A DNA stretch of 64,000 nt, taken from positions 170,004,001-170,068,000 of the forward strand of contig CM075978.1 in the NCBI GenBank assembly GCA_038087875.1, in the 5' to 3' direction. The position numbers were made by a program, and so were the translations under genes. The notes beneath the pieces were generated by a model, which saw only the letters and a program-made list of their open reading frames with translations, searched no databases and was not told the DNA's origin. Below are positions 13,240-26,600 of this stretch, piece by piece. Every line of letters starts with the position of its first letter. Within the stretch, counting starts at the first letter, position 1. This stretch comes from Malacoraja senta. Taxonomy: Eukaryota.

Positions 13240-14417
13240 TTATTTATTAGAAGTACATTACATCACAGCCACATACATTAATACTCGTCATTTATATCTT
13301 CTTACAATTAATGTACTCCCTTTATTTATTTTTTTTACACTAAAGAAAGAAAAGATTGAAAGAGTATTTTTTTTACACTAAAGAAAGAAAAGATTGAAAG
13401 AGAGAAGAAAGTGAAGGAAAACAGTGCAAGTGTAGAAAAGTGTAGAAAATGTAACAACAAAAAGGATGAAGACCCTATGAGAGCGAAATTAAAAACAAAA
13501 AGAAAAAGAGTTAAGAAATAGGCCCTAAGAAAAGAAAAGAGAGAGAGAAAAAAAGAAAAACAAATGTTTTTTTTTTGAGCATCACGTAAATAGGACATAC
13601 CAACTCTTCAACTATCATCCCCCCTTACCCGACCTCAATTTTTTATTTTTTTAAAGTACTTTTGCACCCTATGTTTGTAATAATTCTATTAAATGCAGAC
13701 CACGTCAGGTGGAAGTGATCTGGTTTACCTGCTAGGAGGAGTCTTATCTCTTCAAGGTGTAGTGTTTCAAACATATTTGAAATCCACATATTTATAGTTG
13801 GTATTGGAGCCTTCTTCCAAAATTTTAGAATTAGCTTTTTTCCAGTTATTAACCCATAATCCATTAATTTCTTTTGAAACACATTTAGTTCTGGATCATC
13901 TTCCGTTATTCCGAAGATAATCCATTCTGCTTTGGGTATCAGTCTTGTTTTAAATAACTTTGTAAAGATTTCAAAAATTTCATTCCAAAATTTTTGAATT
14001 TTTGTACAGAAGACAAATGAGTGCGCTATAGTTGCTTCTTGGGATTGACATTTATCACAAATAGATGATACGTTTTGGGAAAATTTTATGAATTTTAGTT
14101 TTCGAATAATATAATCTATGTAAAATTTTTAAATTGTATTAAAGTGTGTCTTACATTAAATCGAGCATTTATGTACTTTTAATAAGTATTCATTCCAACT
14201 TTCCTTTGAAATTTTAATAGCTAACTCTTGTTCCCAGTCTCTTCTGATACCCTCCGTAGATGGTATTTGTACATTTAAGATAATATTGTACAAATATGAT
14301 ATTAAGTTTGCTGATTCCGCTTTTATCTGCATTGCCTCGTCCAGTACATCTGCTGGGTTATTATGATGATCTTTTATATATTTTTTTCAAATAGTCGCAT
14401 ATTTGAAAGTATTTAAA
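13203..14417 (-). mobile_element. 5'-truncated L1-clade LINE with poly(A) tail and 14-bp TSD
   Basis: Poly-T at 13201-13234 next to a minus-strand AATAAA. TSD AAGGAACGTCCTTT at 13189-13202 and 14418-14431. Minus strand encodes an ORF2 C-terminus with a zinc knuckle (CDKC...H...C) and ...KKLILKFWK... Inserted into a CR1 fragment. Confidence 0.88.
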
Positions 14418-14518
14418 AAGGAACGTCCTTTAATTCTGTTTTTTTTGGAATGCAGTCACCTCACGAAATCGTTAGCTGAATTTACTCAAATATTTACACT
14501 CTCTTAATCTTCTTGCAG

Positions 14519-14647
14519 GTAAAATGGTGACCACGCCCTACTGTTTTGCAGGACCATCTCACACAAGTCAACACCACCCTGTGTTCTGTACCACGCAAGG
14601 CCCACGACAGGAACAATTACCTGTAACACACAGCCATGCCCAGCAAG
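14519..14647 (+). CDS. ADAMTS18: ADAMTS18-like TSP1 exon with two apparent 1-nt insertions (restored reading GKMVTTPYCLQDHLTQVNTTLCSVxxxPTTGTITCNTQPCPA)
   Basis: TTGCAG acceptor ending at 14518, AG|GTAAAT donor at 14648. Length is 129 nt but the flanking phases (1 in, 2 out) need 3n+1. Removing one T at 14544-14547 and one base near 14591-14603 restores TSP1 cysteine spacing. Absent from the ORF track. Confidence 0.85.
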
Positions 14648-16250
14648 GTAAATATCGAGAACTGACCTACACATGTGTGTGGAGCTCCCTCCCCCCTTAA
14701 TGGAGGAAATGGAGCAACTCAGCGGGTCAGGTAGCTTCTCTGGAGATAAAGGAACATGTGATGTCTCAGGTCGGAACCCATCTTCCAATTGAAAGTATGG
14801 GGGGGGGGGATTGGAGGTAAGAAGCCAGAATAAATCAGGCCCTGGTAACAGATACCAAGGAAGGGTGGAGCCCATGGAGGCCCATTGTTGGCTGTGGAAG
14901 AGGCGATAACAAAGGGATGTAAGGATGCAAACAGTGGTAGGACAACTAGTGTGGGGGAGAGAGGGACTGCAGGGGTTACTTGAAATTAGAGAAATCAGTA
15001 TTCATACCTCTGGGCTGTAAGCTGCCCAAGTGGAAGAGGCCCAGGACAGAAAGATCATAAGATCATAAGTGATAGGAGCAAAGTAGGCCATTCAGCCCAT
15101 CAAGTCTACTCCGACATTCAATCTTGGCTGATCTATCTCTCCTTCCTAACCCCATTCTTCTGCCTTCTCCCCATAACCTCTGACACCCTTACTAATCAAG
15201 AATCTATCAGGTGTGGTCAGTGTGGGAATCTATCAGAAAGATCAGTGTGAGAATGGGAAAGCGAGTTAAAATATTTGGCAACCGGGAGGTCATGTTTTTT
15301 GGGGCCTTCCAAGTCCTCTTGAAGAAAGTCATTTAAATGGTGAGAGATTACAGAGCTCGGAAATGGATCTGGGAATACTAGCTGGGACATTGTTGGCCGG
15401 TGGGGTCGAGTTGGGCCGAAGGGCCTGTTTCAACACTGTAGTTAATTTATGACTCTAGTGCATAGTTAATAGGCCAGTAAGCTATCAATTTATTGTGCAG
15501 GGGAATCACTATTTGTTAGTTTGGGTTTAGGTTTATTATTTGTCACATGTACCACGGTATAGTGAAAAACTTTCCATTCAAATGAGGTAATGCTATGCAT
15601 AAATACAACCAAGCCAAACTCAAAAACAATATGTAGAGCAACGGGGAAAATTTAGAGTGCGGAACATAGTTCTCAGTATTGTAGTGCTTCAGTTTCAGAG
15701 ACAAAGTCCAATGCCCGCAATGGGTTTTGATGTGAATTTGACAGTATCCTAGCTAAAGGCAGGACCATTCAGAAGCCTGATAACAGAGGGGAAGAAGCTG
15801 TTTCTCAGTCTGGTGGTGCGCGCATTCAAGCTTCTGTACCTTCTGCCCGACGGGAGTGTGGAGAATAATGAATGACCGGGGTGGGAAGAGTCTTTGATTA
15901 TGTTGGCTGCTTTCCCGAGAAGTCTGGTCTGTGTGATGAATTGAACTGCGTCTACAAATCTCTGACAGTGCTGTTCCCAAACTAGGCAGAGATGCAACCC
16001 AACCTGAAGTAGGAAGCTTACAGATCAAGAGCTCTCATGGACATTCGAGCAGCCATTTCCAATCCTACACAAATCCCATTTTATTACCCCCTATATTCCT
16101 CTCAAGTACTCTCATCCCTCTACATAATGTCATAAGGTCCTGTGATGGGAATAGAATTAGGCTTTTTGGCCCATTAGGTCTACTCTGCCATTCAGTCATG
16201 GCTGATCTATCTCTCCTTCCTAATCCCATTCTCCTGCCTTCTCCCCATTA

Positions 16251-16450
16251 NNNNNNNNNNNNNNNNNNNNNNNNNNNNNNNNNNNNNNNNNNNNNNNNNN
16301 NNNNNNNNNNNNNNNNNNNNNNNNNNNNNNNNNNNNNNNNNNNNNNNNNNNNNNNNNNNNNNNNNNNNNNNNNNNNNNNNNNNNNNNNNNNNNNNNNNNN
16401 NNNNNNNNNNNNNNNNNNNNNNNNNNNNNNNNNNNNNNNNNNNNNNNNNN
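16251..16450. other. Assembly gap (200 N)
   Basis: Run of N. Confidence 0.99.
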
Positions 16451-18819
16451 CTGGCGTCACCGGGTGTTGATATAGGTCAGGTTCCTTCCTACCTCCCCCG
16501 GCAGAGTGTTCCAGGCACTCACCACCCTGCTTCTTAATAGGCTGCAGAGTGACACAGTGGTAGAGTCGCTGCCTTACAGCGCCTGAGACCCGGGTTCGAT
16601 CCTGACTACAGGTGCTGTCTGTATGGAGTTTGTACTTTCTTCCTGTGACTTTTTTCCTGATTCTCTGGATTCCTCCCATATCCCAAAGACGTGCAGGTTT
16701 ATTGGCCTCCGTAAATTGCTCCAGTGTGCAGCATGCGTCAGAGGGATAACATAAATCTAGTGTACGGGTGATCGCTGGACGGCGTGGACTCGGTGGTTCA
16801 ATGGCCCTGTTTCCACACTGTACTCTAAACTAAACTAAATGTTAGATAGTACAGGCCTCCATCACCCACTTAGCCAGTGTGTTGTCTACCTCCCACTCTA
16901 TGGGTGGTCGGCTGGATAGTTGGTTGACATTTCTTTACCAGATCCCAGTGCACACTCCGTTATAATGCAGAAGAAATTTTAAATCATTGGGGCCACAACA
17001 AAGCAAAATGATACGACCGAGATTAAGCAGGGTGTACTGTTACTGCAAACGCAGAAGGGTAAACGATTGGATCTTTTTTAAACGCACATGACACTGACAG
17101 GGTTAACTTTTGAGACTTTGCAAAGACTGTGTGTCAGGGTCTGAGGGGTGACCCGATGGAAGCATTCTGAGAGACATATGTCAGGGTAAATTTACGAGAT
17201 GTATTGGCAGGGTAGTTTTTTCCCCCCCAGGCTGGAAATGTCAAAGACTAGAGGGCATAAAGCTTTAAAGTGAGACAGGGAAGGTTTAAAGGAAATGTAC
17301 GGGGCAATTTAATTTTCACACTGAGAATGATTGGTGACTGGAACACGCTGCTAGGGAACGCATTGGGAAGCAAATATGACAGTGATGTTGGAGAGACATT
17401 TAGACAGGCATCATGTATAGTCTTTTCTCTGACTGGGTAGCAGGCAACAAAAAAACCTTTTCACTGTACGCGGTACATGTGACAATAAACTAAACCAAAC
17501 TGAACTCTCCCCCATCCATCCACACACAGTTGAGGAGATTTCAGGCTTTGAAGCAGGTGAGCGGCACTTTGTAGTGTCAAGGTACCGACAAGTTGAAACC
17601 CGTTGCCCATGTCAAAGCCACACAAAGGCCATTGTGCATAGCGCTTTGTGTGTCTGTACTTCAGTCTCCGATGAGCATCGGAGGTATATTCCACAAAGCA
17701 TTGAATTAAAAGAAGGTTTATTTATCTATTTCTCCCCTCCCCTCTACGTGACTCTCCTCAGTTTCCTCCTCCTCAGGGGGAGGACAGGTCCATGGGTGTA
17801 ATCGGTTCCGCTCATTACCATTGTGACAGGACTTGTTTGAACCGAGTTCTCATGAGAACACGACAGGAGCTGTGAAAAGCAGAGTGCTGGAGTAACTCAG
17901 CGGGTCAGGCAGCATCTGTGGAGGCAACGGATTGGGTTGGAACCCTTCTTCAGAAGCAAGAGATTCTAGCAGGAAGAGTAGGCCCCTCAAGCCTGTCCCA
18001 CCATCCAATATAGTCATGGTTGAAAAAACACAAAGTGCTGGAGTAACTCATCTCTGGAGCGCATGTACTGTATAGGCAGTGTTTCACTTCGGTTCTGAAG
18101 AATGGATCCAACCCGAAACGTCATTATCCATGTTCTCTGGAGATGCCGCCTGACCTGCTGGGTTCCTCCAGCACTTTGTATCTTTGATAGACAAAAAATG
18201 CTGGAGTAACTCAGCGGGCCAGGCAGCATCTCAGGAGAGAAGGAGTGGGTGACCCTTCAGACTGACTTTCAGACTTTGTATCTTTGTTTGTAAACCAGCA
18301 TCGGTAGTTCCTTGTGTCTCCATCATAATGGTTGATCTGCGGCAGTACTCCAATGCTCGCAATTTCCTGACCTTTCAAAAACGTGTCTACCTCCTCTTTA
18401 AATACCACCAATGGTCAATCCTCTGGGGCAGAAAATTCCAGGGAGTCAGAATCTTCTGCAAGAATTTGTTCCTACGATAAGATATGATAGAACTTTATTT
18501 ATCCCAGGAGGGAAAATAATTTGCCAACAGTCCTAAAAAACACAACATGAAACATGAAAAATAAAGTGACGAGTGGTAAGGCTTTGGGGATGTGCAAAGA
18601 TTGAGGAGGTTGGGGGGGGGGGGGTCAGTCTCAGTCTCAGTCTACCCTACGACAGGAGGGGGAGGAGTTGTAAAGTATAATCGCCACAGGGGAGAAGGAT
18701 CTCCTGTGGCGTGCTACCCTGCATCTTGGTGGAAATGACTGGCCTGTGATCTTATAACCGAGTACCCTCATTCCCATCATCTACTCAGGCTGAACACAAG
18801 ATCTTTCATCATTCGGCCC

Positions 18820-19495
18820 CTGGATGAGAAGAGGATGTTTCCACTAGTTGGAGCGTCTAGAAACAGAGGCCATGGCCTCAGAATAAAAGGACGTACCTTT
18901 AGAAAGGAGATGAGGAAGAATGTCTTTAGCCAGAGGGTGGTGAATCTGTGGAATCCATTGCTACAGATGGCTGTGAAGGCCAAGTCATTGGGTATTTTAA
19001 AAGTGGAGAATGATATGTTTAGTTTATAGATACAGCGTGGAAACAGACCCTTCAGCCCACCAAGCCCACGCCAACCAACAATCACCCATACACTACTTCC
19101 ATCCTAAACAATTTACAGAGTCCAATTAACCTACAAACTTGCACGGCCAATTGACCTACAAACTTCCAAATGGGAAGAAACCTGGTTTCTTCCCATTTGG
19201 AACATGAGAAGAAACCAGAGCAGCCGGAGAAAGCCCACGCTATCACAGGGAGAATGTACAAACTCTGTACAGATAGCACCCGTAGTCAGGATTGAACCCA
19301 GATCCCTGACGCTTTGAGGCAACTTATCTATATCTACGGCACTGTGCCACCCACCGTGGTCTTGAGTAGTAAGGTTGTCAAAGGTTACGGGGAGAGGGGA
19401 TTGAGAGGGAAAAATAGATCAGCCATGATCGAATGGCAGAGCAGACTCGATGGGCCAACTGGCCTAATTCTGCTCCTATGTCCTATGAACATGAA
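18820..19495 (+). mobile_element. CR1-clade LINE 3' end interrupted by an antisense HE1 SINE (about 19018-19350)
   Basis: MFPLVGASRNRGHGLRIKG...VVNLWNPL; the LINE resumes after the SINE. Confidence 0.8.
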
Positions 19496-20310
19496 CAAAG
19501 TTTGCCCCGTCACTGACTGCCGCCGATGGCAGTAGACCTACATGCACACCCCTTAGTCCTCAGTAGATATAAGTTCACAGCCCCAACGCTGAACCCTGCT
19601 CATTTATCCTTGAGAGACTAAGAGAGAAGACATCTCTGGTTACTGTTCTTGATATTTACTGTTGTTTAACATTACATTCTTGCCACCATCGTTTTATTAT
19701 CGTTATTAATCTCAGCAAATTAAACTAGTTAAACTAATTAAACTACCCTGCGGTAGTGAGACAGAGGATAATTTGTTAATCAGTGCTATAAAACAAGTCC
19801 AGCAGGGAAATAATCTTTTTATTAGCTTGGCAATCCCAGCAAGGAGGGTGGGGAATGTCACTAGCAGGTGTGAGAGGTGGGGCGGCACTGTGGCGCAGTG
19901 GTATAGTTGCTGCCTTTACAGCGCTCACAACGTCAAAGATCCTGACTACGGGTGCTGTCTGTACGGAGTTTGTACGTTCTCCCCGTGACTGCGTGGGTTT
20001 TCTCCGAGATCTTCGGTTTCCTCCCACTCTCCACAGGCGTACTGGTTTGTAGGCTAATTGGCTGGGTATATTGTAAATCATTCCAAGTGTGTGTAGGATA
20101 GTGGGAAGGAACAGATATCGTTGTGCGGCATGGACTCAGTGGGCCAAATGGCCTGTTTCTGCACTGTATCTCTAAACTAAACTAAAAGTTTTAAAAAACT
20201 TACAGTATTCAAAAAGATAGTTAGTTGTGAAAACCCTGCGGGGAAAAATAATTTTGTTATTGGGAATCTGAATATCGCCCTTCACCTTCCCATTAACACA
20301 ATTGTTATTA

Positions 20311-20580
20311 TGCCCCTGTCCCACTTAGGAAACCTGAACGGAAACCTCTGGAGACTTTGCGCCCCACCCAAGGTTTCCGTGCGGTTCCCGGAGGTTTTTG
20401 TCAGTCTCCCTAATGGTCAAAAGTGGTTTCCGCTTCTTCTATGTTCCGGCGATTATTTCAAAAAATTCAAAACCGGCTGCGACTAAAAATAGGTTGCCGT
20501 TTTAAAAATCGTTAATTTTTTAGTCGAAGCCGGTTGCGATGCTGGTTCAAGGTGGTTGCCGGAGGTTGCAGGTAGTGGAA
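20311..20580. mobile_element. Partial Harbinger-type MITE (left end only)
   Basis: Begins GCCCCTGTCCCACTTA, similar to the TIR at 60911; no right TIR seen. Confidence 0.55.
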
Positions 20581-23500
20581 GGTTTAGGTTTATTAGGTTC
20601 CTTATTGCCACGTGTACCGTGAAAAGATTTGTTTTGCGTGCTTTCCAGTTAAGATCAGATAATATTATAAATAAATACAATCTTTAGTCAGAGGGTGGTG
20701 AATCTTTGGAATTTGTTGCCACAGAAGGCTGTGAAGGCCAAGTCGATGGATATTTGTAATGCAGAGATAGATAGTATGGGTGTCAGGGGTTATGGAGAGA
20801 AGGCAGGAGAATGGGGTTAGGAGAGAGAGATAGATCAGCCATGATTGAATGGCGGACGGAGTAGACGATGGGCCGATTGGCCTAATTCTGCTCCTATCAC
20901 TTATGAACAATCTTGACAACAAACATTCCAGAAATCAAGACAAATAATACTGAAGATAAACACAACATGCTGGAGTAACTCAGCAGGTCAGACAGCATCT
21001 CTGGAGAAAAGGAATAGGTGATGTGTCGGGTCAGAACCTTTCCACCAAATAATACTGAATATATCCAGCATGTCAGGCAGTTTGTGTGGAACGAGAGGCA
21101 GAGTTACGTTTTCAGATCTGGGACCCTTTATCAATTGAAATTCTGATGAAGGGCTTCAAACTTCAGACATCACTATGTCTCTTTCCACAGGTAATGCCTG
21201 AGTGTTTCCTGCTTTATCTGTTTAGTTTAGTTTCGAGACACACCGTGGTAACGGGCCCTTCGGCCCACAGAGTCCGCGCCGACCAGCGATCACCCAATAC
21301 ACGAGCACTATCCTACACACTAGGGATAATCTGCAAATTTTACCAAAGCCAAATTAACCTACAAACCTGCACATCTTTTGAGTGTGGGAGGCGCCAGGAG
21401 AAAATACATGCAGTTACAAGGAGAACGTACAAACTCCGTACAGGCAGCACCCTTGGTGAGGATTTAACCTGGGTCTCTGGCGCTGTAAGGCAGCAGCTCT
21501 AACCCTGCTCCACTATGCTGCCCACCCAACTCAACTTATTTTACGTTTCAGATTTCCAGTTTCTTGCTTTTCATTCCCCATAATCGAGGTATCTCTGCCT
21601 CGAGGGAGCTGCCAGATGAGATTGCTCGGTTATATCTGTTACTGTCATTTATTATTTTTTTTCAACCTGTTGAAAATTAAATGTTTCCGTGAAGGCTGAA
21701 GAATTGAAGTCTTGTGGGTTTGTGTTATGAGAATTGCGGCTGGTTGGAATTTCAGCAGTCTTTTAGCCCTGTATAAGATCTTGACAGTAATCCAGAACAT
21801 CATCACTAAACCTTTGCAAGAATTCATTTGACCATAGCATATTTATTAGATCAGGTACAGCCTTTTGAGTTTCTGCCAAGTCGCTATATTGTAACTGGCA
21901 ATTTAGTGTGATACAGTCTGCACTCAAGAGGTGTGTTATAAATCTCAGCCCAGAAGTAATATTAGACATTGTTAAATTCACATAAAAGTTAAGTTGATTT
22001 TTGAATGTTTCTGACAGCTCACCATAGCAGGAAGTTAGAAAATTCCAATTTGTTCCTGATTCGGTCAATCCTTCACTGTGTCTTAAGGATTTCAGGAAAG
22101 TTGAGAGATGGGTGTTCAACAGTTTCAATGCAACTGTACTCTGCTTTCCACAAGGAATTAAAGCCTGACTTCCCAAACTGCCCCCAATAGGACACATCTA
22201 CAAGGGTGAACTCGGGTGTAGAGAGCTGTGTCAAAATCTATTTTTCGGTTACTCTACTGATGAAAAACCTTGAAATGCTAAAATATAAACTGCGAAGAGA
22301 GAAGTTGGACAAACTTGGATTATTTTCTCTGGAATGCCAGAGGTTGAGGGAAAACCCGATGTGAATATACACAATTATGAGGCATAGGTAGGGTAGACAG
22401 TCAGACCCGTTTTCCCCAGGGTGGAAATGTCAAAGCCTAGAAGGTATAGCTTTAAGAAGAGATAGGGGAAATGTGGAGGTGCGGGGAAATTCTTTTAGAT
22501 AGATGCCTGTATTGTGTCACGAGGGGTGATGGTGGAGGCTGATACGATAGTGCTTTTAAAAGGCTTTTAGATAGGCACATGGATATGCAGGGAATGGAGA
22601 GATATGGATTATATACAGCCAGATGGGGTTAATGTATCTTGGCATTATGTTCAACACTGCCATTGTGGGCTGAAGGGTCTGATTTTGTGCTGTACTTTTC
22701 TATGTTCTATGTACCATAGCGACGTTCCAAGCACCATGTAGGGGTTGATCCAATGATAGAAACAAATGTAGACACAAAGTGCTGGAGTAAATCAGCGGGT
22801 CAGGCAGCATCTCTGGAGAACATGGATAGGCGGCGTTTTGGATCTGGACCCTTCTTCAGACTCGGTCGTCTTCAGACCCTCTTTCAGTCTGAAGAAGGGC
22901 CCCGACCTGAAATGTCACCCATCCTGTCCTCCAGAGATGCTGCCTGACCCGCTGAGTTACTCCAGCACTTTGTGTCTTCCTTTGTAAACCATATAACCAT
23001 ATAACCATAACAGCACGGAAACAGGCCATCTCGGCCCTTCAAGTCCGTGCCGAACATTAAAAAAAAAAACAGCCTCTGCAGTTCATTGTGTCTCCATTGA
23101 AACTAGTATTATGTTTACTGGCTGTTAGGCTGATTTGGTTTGACTGGGAGTAATGATCGGATATTCCATCTTGAACAAATCCCCAAGAATCGTTTACATC
23201 TCGACCAAAATACAATCAGTGTGGACATTCTTTTGGCTGTGCTGCCTGTTTTAAGTAGCAGATATGAAGGTCCTCAAAGAGGACTCTATCATTCAAGGAG
23301 ATTAGTTTGTTGGAGAATTTGGCGTGTACGGAGTATATAGTGAATGTAATAAGAGTACCAAAGCACTATTGAGCCAATCACTCAGTCTAGGCTGATGTTA
23401 GCTCACCTTTTGCAGATTGTCAGACTCAGTAATTGCTTTTCGCTGTCCCCAAATGGTGGTTATCAGTTTTTAATTCTGTGAGCTGATGCCCACTTAAGGT

Positions 23501-24254
23501 TGAGACTTCCCAGACACGTTTTACGCCGGCACAGACTGAAGCCTCCTAAATCATCTGTCTAGAAAGTGCTTCCTTTATTAATATCTAATATTGTTTGTAC
23601 TCTTGTGGCATCTTGTTGCAATGAAAATGCTTCAGATTGATCCACGTCAGGTGTAATGTTTCCACAGTGCAGCTAATAAAATGCTGAATGTCAGTGAAGT
23701 CAAACTCATGCAGATGATGTGCACTGTTCTGAATGCAAAATGCCTTGAATAAAGTGCCCAGCATCATTTGATGACTGACAGCAGTGAACAGTGGTATAGT
23801 TGGTCATACAATGCATACATATGCATATTTGTTACACGCACTGGATATGAACTGGAAAAATTAATATATCTTTTTTTTTAAAGACACAAGATGCTGGATT
23901 AATCAATGGGTGAGGCAGCATCACAGGAAAATAAGGATTGGTGATGTTTTGGGTTAGGACCCTTCTTCAGGCTGAAGGAAGTTCTGAAGAAGACCAAGTC
24001 TGAAGAAGGGCCCTGACCCAAAACATTGCCTATCCATGTTCCCCAGAGATGCTGCCTGGCCTGCTGAGTTATTCCAGCACTTTTGTGTTTTTTTGTTAAC
24101 CAGCATCTGCAGTTCCTAGTTTCTTTAATGAAACACTTGGGGATACACAGGTAACTGCAGATGCTGCAGAAACTCAGAGGGTCAGGCAGCATCTCTGGAG
24201 GAGTTGGTTGTCCACCCATCTGCCATCAAATCCCTCATCCCCTGTATATATCTA

Positions 24255-24595
24255 TCAGTGAGTGAGGCCCAGGGCAAATTGGAGGAACAGCACCTCATAT
24301 TTCGCTTGAGCAGCTTACACCTCAGCGGTATGAACAATGACTTCTCTAACTTCAAGTAGCCCTTGCTTTCCCTTTCTCTCCATCCCCTCCCCATTCCCAG
24401 TTCTCCCACCACTTACTGTCTCTGAGTCCATTTTATCTCTGTACCGGCCACTCCCCTGACATCAGTCTGAGGAAGGGTATCGACACAAAACGTCATCCAT
24501 TCCTTCTCTCTAGAGATGCTGCCTGTCCCGCTGAGTTACTCCAGCATTTTGTGTCTATCTTTGATTTAAACCAGCATCTGCAGTTCATTCCTATA
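24255..24595 (+). mobile_element. Penelope-like element 3' end (GIY-YIG C-terminus plus terminal repeat)
   Basis: Reads SEAQGKLEEQHLIFRLSSLHLSGMNNDFSNFK*, as recalled for the end of PLE GIY-YIG endonucleases, followed by the terminal repeat found throughout the window. The adjacent upstream peptide (AKHFNSLSHIDLSLLGLLHCQS) occurs at 6685-6775. Confidence 0.8.
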
Positions 24596-26169
24596 CCTAT
24601 CACTTGTCAGGCTTTGTCCCGCCCCTTACACATTTCCAGCTTTCTCCCCCCCCCCTCCCTTCTACAATTAGTCTGAAGAAGGGTCCCAACCTGAAATGTC
24701 ATCTATCCATGTCCTCCAGTGAGAATACCTGCTGCAGCTTTACAGGCACATTAGATGCATAAATGTACAATAAATCAGTAGATATTCTTAAGTAAACTAC
24801 ACCATGATAGTGTAAAAACCAAAGTATATAGAGCAATCAAAGTAGTGCAAAGATCATAGTGGTAGGATTGTGATTAGGGTTGTAGTTAGGGGTTGTGCAG
24901 AATGGTTCAAGAACCCAATAGTTGATGGGAGGATGGCACTGTGGCGAGGCAGTGGAGTTGCTGCCTTGCAGTGCCAGAGACCCGGGTTCCATCCTGACTA
25001 TGGATGCTATCTGTACAGAGTTTGTACCTTCTCCCTGTGACCATGTGGATTATTCTCTAGGTGCTTCGGTTTCCTCCCACATTCCAAAGACATGCAGGTT
25101 TGTGGGTTAATCAACTTTGGTAAAGATTGTAAATTGTCCCTAATGTGTAGGATAATGCCAGTGTATGAGGATTGCTGGTCGGCGCAGACGTGGTGGGCCA
25201 AAGGGACAGTTTCTGCACTGTTACTCTAAACGAAACTAAAAAAAGTTGTACTGAACTGGAGATAACAGGCCTCAGGTTCTTGTATCTTCTTTCTGAAGGT
25301 AGCAGCAAGAAGAGAGAGTGGCCAGGCGGGTGTGGGTATTTGATGATATTACTGTCCTCTTGAGACAGCACTTCTGTAGATCTCTTCAATGTTGGTGAGG
25401 TCAATATCCGTGATGAAACAGGCAAAGTCCACCATTTTCTGCAGCCTCCTTCATCGCTGAGCATTCAAATTTCCAAACCAGGCCGTGATGCAACCAGTCA
25501 GATAATAACTAGGATCTGACGTATAAATAATAACTTCTTAAAAATGTATGAGACTGAAATGTATGACCAATTGTGACATTGCCGGCCAAGAAAGAAATGT
25601 CCAGACGAATCCCATCTCTGAGCTCTCAGTCCAAAGCCACATGTGTTACATGATCTCAAGTGGTCTGGGTACCTTCCCATTGTTGAGAGGACATCTACTT
25701 TGACTAATATTCTAAATAGCAAGGTCCATACCCAGCCAATCCTTGGGTGAAACTTTCCTTCCTCGTCCCCTCATATCCTTCTAACGTTTACAAATTAGCA
25801 TCCCTTGCCATCCATTGTTCTCTGGTTAAGAGTCAGCATAGCAACAGGCCCTTCAGCCCATCAAGTCTGCGCTGACCATCAAGCACCCTTTTTCACTCGC
25901 CCTATTTTAATCTCTGCACACAGTGGAAGCGCCCTACATACCTGTAGATCAATGGACCCAACAACCAGCACGCCATTGGGATTAGAAGGAAGCCCCATCG
26001 AGCAATAGGGAGAACACTCCACAAAAACAACACCAGAGATCAGGATTAAATCTATATTTGGAAAGGGTTGCCAGAGGAAGCTATAGATGTGGATGCAATT
26101 ATGACTTTTTGGACACATTATATATGGATAGGTGGGGTTGAGAAAGCTATGGGCCAAATAGGACGCCCA

Positions 26170-26600
26170 TGGATAGAAACATAGAAAATAGGTGCAGGAG
26201 GAGGCCATTTGGCCCTTCGAGCCAGCCCATCATTCATTGTGATCATGGCTGATCATCCACAATCAGTAACCCATGCCTGCCTTCTCCCCGTATCCCTTGA
26301 CTCCGCTAGCCCCTAGAGCTCTATCTAACTCTCTTTTAAATTCATCCAGTGAATTGGCCTCTACTGCCTTCTGTGGCAGGGAATTCCACAAATTCACAAC
26401 TCTCTGCGTGAAAAAGCTTTTTTCTCATCTCAGTTTTAAATAGCCTCCCCTTTATTCTTAGACTGTGGCCCCTGGTTCTGGACTCCCAATCATTGGGAAC
26501 ATTTTTCCTGCATCTAGCTCGTCCAGTCCGTTTATAATTGTATACGTCTCTATAAGATGCCCTTTCATCCTTCTAAATTCCAGTGAAAACAAGCCCAGTT
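26170..26600 (-). mobile_element. CR1-clade LINE 3' end
   Basis: Reverse complement of the family at 2950 (LGLFSLEFRRMKGHLIETY). Confidence 0.85.
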
